Shown piece after piece: positions 47,239 to 54,850 of a stretch of 64,000 bases of DNA. Location of the stretch: contig OY968762.1 of the NCBI GenBank assembly GCA_963695225.1, forward strand, positions 2,080,001 through 2,144,000. Direction: 5' to 3'. This stretch comes from Vulcanimicrobiota bacterium (GTDB taxonomy: Bacteria > Vulcanimicrobiota > Vulcanimicrobiia > Vulcanimicrobiales > Vulcanimicrobiaceae). A program made the position numbers and the translations under genes. Numbering within the stretch: the first letter of the stretch is position 1; every line of letters starts with the position of its first letter. The notes below the pieces were generated by a model. It was given only the letters and a program-made list of their open reading frames with translations. It did no database searches and had not been told where the DNA came from.

Positions 47239-48687
47239 TCAATCGTAGAGGCCTCGCAATATCCACACGCCCCGCTCGCAGGCGATGCGCACGAGCGAGC
47301 CGTCGGCTAAGAGCGCATCGTACTCGTCGCGGTCGAGCGGCTGCGCCCACCAGCGTTCGCCGGTGCGCCAAGGTCCGGCGATATCGAGGACGGCCTGCGT
47401 TCCCACGAACGCCGGCCGCCCGCGGGCGAGCCGCACCTCGAGGGCGCGCGGTTCGATCAAGCGCAGGCCGAGCGTGCACGCCGGGCGTTGCGCAGGCGTT
47501 CCGGCCCGCTCCCCGGGGCGCGTGGGGGGTTCGAGCAGGAACGGCGCGTACCGGAAGCGCGCTTCGTAGCGATGCCCTTCCGTGAGTTCGGCGCGCCGGG
47601 CCGCGTGCGGGCCGAGCGCCGCTTCGATGCGCGCGAGCGCGATCGCGACGGCTTCGGGATCGGGATCGGCGTGCGCGAAGAGCGAGAGGGCGGAGCCGCC
47701 CGCTTCGAGCCGTTCGGCACCCAGGCGCAAGCCGGCGACGGGGGAACGAAGCGTCAGGCCTTCCAAGCGCGTGCGCAAGAGGTCGAAGATCGTCGCCGGT
47801 TGCGCGGTCGCCTGCGCGAGCGCGGTCGGGAGTTCGAGGGATTCGCCGTCTTCGCATTCCAACGAGAGCCGCAAGAGGCCGCAGCGCATTCCGGCATACG
47901 CGAGATCGTCCGTCACGCGCGAGACGAGCGTGCGGAGCGCGAAGAGGAGCTGTTCTTCCCGTTCCGCCGATCCTTCGCCGAAGAGCGTTCGATCGATGCG
48001 GAGCGCGCGCGCGCGCGGTACGAGCGGCGTTTCGTCGATGCCGCGCGCGCAGGCATGCAGGTACGCGGCCGCCGCGCCGAAGCGGCGTACGAACGGCCCG
48101 TGCGGGAGTGCCGCGAGTTCGCCGAGCGTGCGAATCCCGAGCAACCGCAAACGTTGCAGCGTCGCCGCGTCGAACGCGAGCAGAGCGAGCGGGAACGGCG
48201 CGACGAACGCGCGCTCTTCGCCTTCGCGAACTACCGCGCGTCCGGCGAGTGCCGCGGCGCGCGCCGTGAATTTGCTCGGCGCGACCGCGATGCGAAAGGG
48301 CAACGCGCTATCGAGCGCATCGCGCACGGTCGCGCGCCAGCGTTCGGGATCGCCCTCGATCCCGCGCATCTCGAGGAACGCCGTCCCTTCGCCGGCGTCT
48401 TCGACGAGCGGAGAAGCGGCGTCGAGCGCGTCGAGGATCGCCTCCCAGATCGCGCGGTTGCGTATGGGGTCGTCGAGGAGGAGCGCCGCTTCCCGCGCCG
48501 CGGCGCTCGCCTGCAATAGCGTCATCCCGGTCCGCGCGCCGAGCCCCCGCGCCCGCGCATCGGCATCGACGACGCGCCCGCGTTCGAGGCGGTCGGCGAC
48601 GAGCACCGGCTGCTCGCGCAGTTCGGGCCGGGCGAGCCGTGCGATCTCGACCTTATAGTGCGGGACGAGCGCGCAGACGATCGGCAT
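47239..48687 (-). CDS. imuB: ImuB, inactive Y-family polymerase homologue
   Basis: ARGLGARTGMTLLQA, LGIRTLGELAALP...RRFG, C-terminal GPWRTGERWW...RDEY...GLYD; GGAGG RBS. Confidence 0.88.
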   Translation of the reverse strand: MPIVCALVPHYKVEIARLARPELREQPVLVADRLERGRVVDADARARGLGARTGMTLLQASAAAREAALLLDDPIRNRAIWEAILDALDAASPLVEDAGEGTAFLEMRGIEGDPERWRATVRDALDSALPFRIAVAPSKFTARAAALAGRAVVREGEERAFVAPFPLALLAFDAATLQRLRLLGIRTLGELAALPHGPFVRRFGAAAAYLHACARGIDETPLVPRARALRIDRTLFGEGSAEREEQLLFALRTLVSRVTDDLAYAGMRCGLLRLSLECEDGESLELPTALAQATAQPATIFDLLRTRLEGLTLRSPVAGLRLGAERLEAGGSALSLFAHADPDPEAVAIALARIEAALGPHAARRAELTEGHRYEARFRYAPFLLEPPTRPGERAGTPAQRPACTLGLRLIEPRALEVRLARGRPAFVGTQAVLDIAGPWRTGERWWAQPLDRDEYDALLADGSLVRIACERGVWILRGLYD

Positions 48688-48698
48688 GGGGCCTCCGG

Positions 48699-48773
48699 CT
48701 AGGGCTGCGCCGGGGTCAACCGGCTCGTGGCGGCGGGACTTGCGAAGCCGGGGCTATGCAGCGATAAAAACAT
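48699..48773 (-). CDS. Putative 24-aa leader ORF upstream of imuB
   Basis: ATG 8 nt after the -10 box, the same spacing as dnaE2 and imuA; MFLSLHSPGFASPAATSRLTPAQP; the stop lies just before the imuB RBS. Confidence 0.35.
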   Translation of the reverse strand: MFLSLHSPGFASPAATSRLTPAQP

Positions 48774-48781
48774 GGGAGCGT

Positions 48782-48810
48782 ATTGTAATCGAACATACGT
48801 TCGAAAACAA
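48782..48810 (-). promoter_or_regulatory. imuB promoter with a LexA (SOS) box
   Basis: Minus strand TTGTTT-TCGAACgtatGTTCGAt-TACAAT. Confidence 0.85.
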
Positions 48811-48819
48811 CGGGGTCTC

Positions 48820-48854
48820 TTGCGTAAATCTGGCTAGAAAAATAAACTAGATTT
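48820..48854 (+). promoter_or_regulatory. Toxin-antitoxin operon promoter with an inverted-repeat operator
   Basis: TTGCGT-N17-TAAACT, 6 nt before the ATG; imperfect inverted repeat AAATCTGG...CTAGATTT. Confidence 0.6.
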
Positions 48855-49070
48855 ATGAAGACGGTCGGCGTATTCGATGCCAAGAGCCACCTCTCGGAAC
48901 TGATCGAGAGCGGTGAGGTCGTCACGATTACCAAGCACGGTCGCCCGGTGGCGACGTTGAGTCCGATCCGCCGCAGCGCAGCCGACGTCGTGGCCCGCAT
49001 ACGCGCCAACCGTTGCGTTCAGGCTACACCCGAAGATGTCGTCGCGTTGGTGCACGAGGGGCGCCGGTAA
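48855..49070 (+). CDS. Phd/YefM family antitoxin
   Basis: MKTVGVFDAKSHLSELIE.GEVVTITKHGRPVA. Confidence 0.9.
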   Translation: MKTVGVFDAKSHLSELIESGEVVTITKHGRPVATLSPIRRSAADVVARIRANRCVQATPEDVVALVHEGRR

Positions 49071-49465
49071 TGCCGATCGTCATCGACGCGACCATCGCGA
49101 TCGATTGGTTTCTCACTGAGCCTAGCAGCACCGCCGAAAGGGCGCTCGACGCGCTTGCGGCAGAGGGCGCGATCGTGCCGCCGCTGTGGCGCTGGGAAGT
49201 ACAGGACGTCTTGCGCCGCCTCCAGCTTGGCGGCCGGCTCACGAAACCGATCGACTTCATCCGCTCCGAATTGCGTGAATTGCCGATCTCCGTCGACGCC
49301 GGGCTGACCGGCTTGTTCGGCGACGAGGCGCGCATCGCACGGCGGTACAACCTGACGGTGTACGATGCGGCGTACATCGAGTTGGCGCTACGCCTGCGTG
49401 CGCCCCTCGCAACGACCGACAAGGCGCTTGCGGCCGCTGCGAAGGCCGCGAACGTCGCGTGGTAG
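49070..49465 (+). CDS. vapC: VapC family PIN-domain toxin
   Basis: IVIDAT, WEV, LTVYDAAYIELA, LATTDKAL; TAATG overlap with the antitoxin. Confidence 0.88.
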   Translation: MPIVIDATIAIDWFLTEPSSTAERALDALAAEGAIVPPLWRWEVQDVLRRLQLGGRLTKPIDFIRSELRELPISVDAGLTGLFGDEARIARRYNLTVYDAAYIELALRLRAPLATTDKALAAAAKAANVAW

Positions 49466-49633
49466 CCGGTTCACCGTAACGGTGAGCGTGAAGCTGCCCC
49501 TGCGCGCGCACGAAAGCTCTGCGGCGTAGACGCGCATCGGTACGCAGACCGTGCAGAGGAGCGCGATCAGCATGGCGAGCACGGCGAGCAGGATGAGCGC
49601 GGGCCGGTTGCGTCGCGAAAGGAGCATCGGCAT
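49388..49633 (-). CDS. Small membrane or secreted ORF coupled to imuA, possibly truncated
   Basis: TGATG overlap with the imuA stop; hydrophobic LILLAVLAMLIALLC stretch; the 3' end overlaps vapC. Confidence 0.35.
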   Translation of the reverse strand: MPMLLSRRNRPALILLAVLAMLIALLCTVCVPMRVYAAELSCARRGSFTLTVTVNRLPRDVRGLRSGRKRLVGRCEGRTQA

Positions 49634-50433
49634 CAGCGCGCGACGCCGGCGCGGGTCGCGGCGTCGCGTGCGATCAGTTCGCGCTCGCGCGTTGCGATGA
49701 GCGGCGGGCCGCTCGCTTCGAACGTCGTGCACGAGAAGTGCGCGGTCTTGCCGGGTGCGGCGCGCTTGTGTTTGAGGACGAGCGCTCGCGCGTCGATGCC
49801 CGCGAGCGTCCCGAAGAGTTGCGGCGTGCCGGCCCAACGGACGCGCGCCGGCTGCAGCGCGATGCGGAGCGAGGCGAAGTAACCTAGTTCGTTGGAAGCG
49901 CGCTCGCCGACGGCGAGGACGAGCGCGTTCGTGCGGTGCGCGAGACCCGCGAGGCGCGTCCAGCCGGCGGCGCTCAGCGCGGCGTGCGGGATCGCGAGGA
50001 TGCCGAAGGCCCCCGAGCGCAGGACGATGTCGGCGGCCCGCGCGATCTCGGCCGGCGTCTCGGCGTTCACGAGGAGGAGCCGCTCGAGCCGGACGCCGGC
50101 TACGGCGAGCGCGGGGGGATAGAGCCGGCCGCCGCCCTCCGTCTCGATCGCGGCGCCGAGCCCGTTCGCGGTCTCCGCCGCGAGCAGGCGCCCCGCGAGC
50201 GCCGAGCGTCCGGAGCCCGGCGGACCTTCGAGCGTCGCGATGATCCCCCGGGGGAAGCCGCCGCCGAGCGCCGCGTCGAGCTCGGGGAGCCCGGTTGCGA
50301 TCGTGCTTCCCGCGGCCGGGACGAACGCCGCCCCGGAGGCCTCGCGATGCCGCCCCCCGAGCGCCGCCCGCAGCCCCTCGAACGCCGCGCGCCGGGCAGC
50401 GGGGTCGGTCGGCCGGAGGGGATCGGAGAGCAT
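49633..50433 (-). CDS. imuA: ImuA, RecA-like mutasome accessory protein
   Basis: IATGLPELDAALGGGFPRG, degenerate Walker A GPPGSGRS, YPPALAVAGVRLERLLLV, LRSGAF. Confidence 0.82.
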   Translation of the reverse strand: MLSDPLRPTDPAARRAAFEGLRAALGGRHREASGAAFVPAAGSTIATGLPELDAALGGGFPRGIIATLEGPPGSGRSALAGRLLAAETANGLGAAIETEGGGRLYPPALAVAGVRLERLLLVNAETPAEIARAADIVLRSGAFGILAIPHAALSAAGWTRLAGLAHRTNALVLAVGERASNELGYFASLRIALQPARVRWAGTPQLFGTLAGIDARALVLKHKRAAPGKTAHFSCTTFEASGPPLIATRERELIARDAATRAGVAR

Positions 50434-50441
50434 GGGAAGCG

Positions 50442-50470
50442 ATGATAATCGAACAAGTGTTCGATGTCAA
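50442..50470 (-). promoter_or_regulatory. imuA promoter with a LexA (SOS) box
   Basis: Minus strand TTGACA-TCGAACacttGTTCGAt-TATCAT, then 8 nt to the ATG. Confidence 0.88.
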
Positions 50471-50511
50471 CGGCGAAACCGAAAGCACGCGCCGGCACTC
50501 ATACGGTTGGT

Positions 50512-52038
50512 ATGCACCAGCAGCCGTCGCTCGTGGAATACGGCACCCGCCGGACGCTGATCGTCGTCGGGGTCATGGCCGCGACGCTGCTCCAAGTCCT
50601 CGACGCGACGATCGTGAACGTCGCGCTTCCGACGATCCAGGGGAACCTCGGGGCGACGCTCGACGAGGGCACCTGGATCATCACCGGTTACATCATCGCG
50701 GCCGTCATCGTGATACCGCTGACGCCCTGGCTGCAGATGCGCTTCGGGCGCGCGCAGTATTACGTGGCGGCGATCCTGGGCTTCACCCTGACCTCGGCGC
50801 TCTGCGGCGTCTCGAACTCGCTCTGGGAACTCGTCTTCTTCCGCGTGCTGCAAGGCTTCTGCGGCGGCGGGCTGATCGCAACCGGGCAGGCGATCCTGCG
50901 GGATACGTTTCCGCCCGATCAGATCGGGCGCAGCCAGGCGCTGATCTCGCTTGGGGCCGTCGTGGGCCCGAGCATCGGCCCGACGCTCGGCGGGATCCTC
51001 ACCGACGCCTATTCGTGGAACTGGATCTTCTACATCAACGTCCTGCCCGGATGCCTGGCCGCGTTCCTGATCGCGACGACGCTCCGCAACCCTTCGGAGC
51101 CCCGGAAGGCGACCGTCGACGGCGTCGGGCTCTCGCTTTTGGCCCTGGGGCTCGGGTCGCTGCAGTACGTGCTGAACGAAGGCGAACGTAACGATTGGTT
51201 CAGCGACGATAAGATCGTCGCGCTCAGCCTCACCTCGCTCGCCTCGCTCGCCGCCTTCGTCTGGTGGGAATTGTGCGGCGCGCGTTTCCCGATCGTCGAT
51301 CTGCGCATCTTGCGCAATCGGACGGTGGCGGCGGGCTGCGCGCTCGCGCTCACGCTCGGCTTCAGCCTCTTCGGCGGCATCTTGCTCGCGCCGCAGTTCA
51401 ATCAATCGATCCTCGGCTTCACGGCGACGCTCTCCGGCGAATCGATCTTGATTCGCGCGCTCGCGATCCTCGCCGGGACGCCGCTCACGCTCTTCCTGTT
51501 GGGCCGGCTCAAGGTGAACCCTCGCATCCTGCTCGCCTCCGGCTTCTTGATCGTCGTCGTCTCCTACGTGCTGCAGGCGCAGGTCACGACGTCGACGGCC
51601 GATTTTTGGACGTTCTGGTTCCCGCTTGCGCTCGGCGGATTCGGCTTCTCGCAACTCTTCGTGCCGTTGCTCGTGACCGTGCTCGGCAGCGTGCAGGGTC
51701 TCGACACCGCGAAAGCTTCGGCGCTCGTGAGCCTCTCGCAACAACTCGGCGGCTCGATTTCGACGGCGGCCGTCGTGACCGTGATCGCGCAGCGCAACGC
51801 CTTGCACTACGACACGCTGGCCGAGGCCGTCACGCTCCGCAACCCCGCCGTCACCGGGCTCGTGCAGCAGGGAGCGCAGCTCGGAAGCATCTATCGGCTC
51901 GTCGTGCAGCAGGCGGCGACGCTCGCGTACGCCGACGCGTTCATGATGGTCGGGTTCGTGACGCTGTGCCTGACGCCGTGCGTGCTGTTGCTGCGCTCGC
52001 GGCGCGCGCCGGTCGCGATCCAACTCCCGGCCGAGTAG
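50512..52038 (+). CDS. DHA2 family (EmrB-like) MFS efflux transporter
   Basis: LDATIVNVALP, WIITGY, RVLQG, GPTLGG, WNWIFYINV; about 14 TM helices. Confidence 0.92.
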   Translation: MHQQPSLVEYGTRRTLIVVGVMAATLLQVLDATIVNVALPTIQGNLGATLDEGTWIITGYIIAAVIVIPLTPWLQMRFGRAQYYVAAILGFTLTSALCGVSNSLWELVFFRVLQGFCGGGLIATGQAILRDTFPPDQIGRSQALISLGAVVGPSIGPTLGGILTDAYSWNWIFYINVLPGCLAAFLIATTLRNPSEPRKATVDGVGLSLLALGLGSLQYVLNEGERNDWFSDDKIVALSLTSLASLAAFVWWELCGARFPIVDLRILRNRTVAAGCALALTLGFSLFGGILLAPQFNQSILGFTATLSGESILIRALAILAGTPLTLFLLGRLKVNPRILLASGFLIVVVSYVLQAQVTTSTADFWTFWFPLALGGFGFSQLFVPLLVTVLGSVQGLDTAKASALVSLSQQLGGSISTAAVVTVIAQRNALHYDTLAEAVTLRNPAVTGLVQQGAQLGSIYRLVVQQAATLAYADAFMMVGFVTLCLTPCVLLLRSRRAPVAIQLPAE

Positions 52039-52938
52039 GTGCGCCTGGCGTTCGCCCCGCCGTACGAGCGCGCGACCGTACTCGAGTATCTGCGGCGGCG
52101 CGCCGTCCCCGGCGTCGAAGCGGCGCGCGAGAACGCGCGCGACGGCGGAAGCGGCTATGCTCGCGTCGTGCGCCTCGCGCATGGCCCGGTCGTCGTCGAA
52201 CTCGCCGCATTCGGTGCGGATGCGGCGGACTTCGCACTCGAAGGGCTCGACGAACGCGACCGGCTCGAACTCGATGCGAAGCTGCGCGCGCTGCTCGATT
52301 GCGGCGCCGATCCGCAGGCAATCGACGCCGCGCTCGCGTGCGATCCGCTGCTCGCGCCGCTCGTGCGGCGGCGGCCGGGGCTTCGCGTTCCGGGAGCCGT
52401 CGACGGTTTCGAAATAGCGGTGCGCGCGATCCTCGGCCAGCAAGTCTCCGTCGCCGGAGCGCGCACGCTCGCGGGACGGCTCGTCGCGCGCTGCGGCCCG
52501 GCGCTCGCGAATCCGCGCGCCGGCCTGACGCACGCGTTTCCCTCGGCCGCGGAGCTAGCCTCCGCGAATCTCGATGGGCTCGGGCTTACCGGCGCGCGAA
52601 TCCGCGCGCTGCACGGGCTCGCCGGTGCCGTCGCGGGCGGGGCGGTTTCACTCGACCCGGGCGTGGACGCGGCCGCGGCCTGCTCGTTACTGCTCGAACT
52701 CCCCGGGATCGGTCCGTGGACGGCCGCCTACATCGCGATGCGCGCGCTGCGGAACGCCGACGCATTTCCCGCGAGCGACCTGGGCTTGCGCAACGCATTC
52801 GCGCACGCCGGCCTAGCCTCCGATCCGCGCTCGATCGAAGCGCGGTCGCAGGCATGGCGGCCTTGGCGAGCCTACGCGGTGCTGCACCTATGGGCAAGCC
52901 TCGGCGATCGCGGAAACGGCGTAACGACGGCAGTTTAG
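52039..52938 (+). CDS. alkA: DNA-3-methyladenine glycosylase II
   Basis: PGLRVPGAVDGFE, ILGQQVSV, HhH motif LPGIGPWTA, DAFPASDLG, WRPWRAYA. Confidence 0.88.
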   Translation: MRLAFAPPYERATVLEYLRRRAVPGVEAARENARDGGSGYARVVRLAHGPVVVELAAFGADAADFALEGLDERDRLELDAKLRALLDCGADPQAIDAALACDPLLAPLVRRRPGLRVPGAVDGFEIAVRAILGQQVSVAGARTLAGRLVARCGPALANPRAGLTHAFPSAAELASANLDGLGLTGARIRALHGLAGAVAGGAVSLDPGVDAAAACSLLLELPGIGPWTAAYIAMRALRNADAFPASDLGLRNAFAHAGLASDPRSIEARSQAWRPWRAYAVLHLWASLGDRGNGVTTAV

Positions 52939-52958
52939 CGTGCGCCGAGCCGGAAGCG

Positions 52959-53486
52959 CTACGCGGTGACGAGGGCCTTGGCCCATTGCGCGTCGAGATC
53001 TTCCTCGTAGATCGTTCGGGTGTCGACGGCGAGCGCGGCGCCGTCGCGGCGCACCGCGTAACGGTCCATGCTGCGGTCCGGCTTGCCGCGCAACAGCGCT
53101 CCGTCCTGACCGAATTCGGCTTTGTGCTTGGGGCAGATGAAGATGCCGGCCGCTTCGTTCCAGCGCAACGTCTCGGTGGAACGGTGCGGGCAGGCGAGCG
53201 AGAAGGCGTAGACGGAGTGCTGCACGCGCGTGATCACGACGTCGTTCGGTTCGTCGACCAGAACGCCGTCGTCCGCGGGGATCGCATAAAAGAGCACGTC
53301 GCCCTTCGCGCGCGAGGGCGAGACCGTGCCGACCTTCGCGAGCGCAGGGATCGGCGCGCCCGCGCCGAGCACCGACGCGAACGCGGCGAGCGCCGTCGCC
53401 CGCAGGAAAGCGCCGCGATCGGGGTTGCACTTGCCGGCGCAAGGCCGCCGTTCAACGGAATCTGTGGAAGCGTGCCGTTCGTTCAT
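52959..53486 (-). CDS. Exported Rieske 2Fe-2S protein
   Basis: CPH...CPKH..F...G Rieske motifs; N-terminal signal-like segment. Confidence 0.85.
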   Translation of the reverse strand: MNERHASTDSVERRPCAGKCNPDRGAFLRATALAAFASVLGAGAPIPALAKVGTVSPSRAKGDVLFYAIPADDGVLVDEPNDVVITRVQHSVYAFSLACPHRSTETLRWNEAAGIFICPKHKAEFGQDGALLRGKPDRSMDRYAVRRDGAALAVDTRTIYEEDLDAQWAKALVTA

Positions 53487-53570
53487 GCAGCGAGCATGCC
53501 GCGGCAGCCTGAACGCTCGATGAACGTGCGATGTCATCGTGAGATCGTCGAAGGATGAGCTTTGCCGCGT

Positions 53571-53729
53571 GGCCCGCGTCCGGGTCGGAGCGGGGTTCCT
53601 CCGCGGGGACGCCCGCCGTTTCGCATCCATGCGAAACGGCTACTCGTGCACTTGCCCGCTCCCGCCATCGTGGCTCCGCGGGCAAGCTGCACGCCCCGCG
53701 GAGGAACCCCGCCCCGACCCGGCCGCTAC
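53571..53729 (-). repeat. GGTAG-flanked multi-hairpin dispersed repeat, short form (copy C)
   Basis: Core nearly identical to copy A; different but self-complementary outer stem. Confidence 0.9.
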
Positions 53730-53755
53730 CGGGCTTCCGTTGGTTGGGCTCGGGG

Positions 53756-54727
53756 TTACGGGATCAGTAAGAGCTTGCCGGTCGTGGCGCGGGCTTCGAG
53801 GTCTAGGTGGGCTTGGGCGGCCGCGGCAAGCGGGTAGCGCCGCTCGACGCGCACCTTTAGCGTGCCCGAGGCGACCGCGGCGAAGATGTCGGCGGCGCGC
53901 CTCGCGAGGTCCGCGGGCTCGGAGACGTGGTTGAACAGCGTGGGCCGCGTGATGAAGAGCGAGCCGTTCGCCGCGAGGCGCTGCAGTTCGAAGGGCGGGA
54001 CGGGGCCGCTCGAAGCTCCGAAGAGGGCCAGCAACCCGCGCGGACGGATCGATTCGAGGCTCCGATCGAACGTGGTCTTCCCGACCGAATCGTACACGAC
54101 GTCGACGCCGCGCCCGCCGGTCAGCTTGCGGACTTCATCTTTGAAATCGACTTCCGTGTAGTTCAGCACGTGATCGGCGCCGGCACTCTTCGAGAGCTCG
54201 GCCTTCGCGCTCGTCGAGACGGTCGTGATGACGGTCGCGCCGCGAGCCTTCGCGAGTTGCGTCAACAAGAGCCCGACGCCGCCCGCGCCGGCGTGCACGA
54301 GTGCGGTGACGCCGGGCTGCAGCCGGAACGTGTCCTCGGCGAGATAATGCGCCGTCATCCCTTGCAGCATGAGCGCCGCCGCGTCGGCAAGGTCGATGTC
54401 TTTCGGAACGTGCACGAGCGCCCTTGCGGGGACCACCGCAAACTCGGCGTAGCTGCCCATCGAGGACGCGTACGCCACGCGATCGCCTGCGGCGAACCCG
54501 GTAACGCCGGGGCCGAGCGCTTCGATCGTTCCCGCCGCCTCCATCCCTGGTGTGAACGGGCGTTGGGCTACGGGGTAGAGACCACTTCGGTGGTAGCAGT
54601 CAATGAAGTTGACGCCGCTCGCGGCGATCTTCACGAGCACCGTTCCGGCGCCGGGCTCCGGCGTCGGCGTCTCGCGGTACTTCATCACGTCGGGGCTGCC
54701 GGGTTGATCGATCAGAATCGCGTGCAT
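53756..54727 (-). CDS. qor: NADPH:quinone oxidoreductase (zeta-crystallin family)
   Basis: GVNFID..HRSGLYP, PGMEAAG, LQGMTAHYL, HAGAGGVG, YDSVG, TTGKLLL. Confidence 0.93.
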   Translation of the reverse strand: MHAILIDQPGSPDVMKYRETPTPEPGAGTVLVKIAASGVNFIDCYHRSGLYPVAQRPFTPGMEAAGTIEALGPGVTGFAAGDRVAYASSMGSYAEFAVVPARALVHVPKDIDLADAAALMLQGMTAHYLAEDTFRLQPGVTALVHAGAGGVGLLLTQLAKARGATVITTVSTSAKAELSKSAGADHVLNYTEVDFKDEVRKLTGGRGVDVVYDSVGKTTFDRSLESIRPRGLLALFGASSGPVPPFELQRLAANGSLFITRPTLFNHVSEPADLARRAADIFAAVASGTLKVRVERRYPLAAAAQAHLDLEARATTGKLLLIP

Positions 54728-54850
54728 GCTCGTTTAAACCGAGCTACGTGCCGAACGGTTCCGTCGCGTGGTGAGGCCGCTTTTTGCGACCGGGGTCACA
54801 CTCGGGGGAGCGAGGCAACGGTCCGCGCAAGGCGTGGTTTACTAGCGGGT

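Noticed and set aside
53927..54850. N-terminal 308 aa of the 736-aa photolyase ORF
   Set aside because: It overlaps qor on the opposite strand; photolyase-like sequence begins at ATG 54851.
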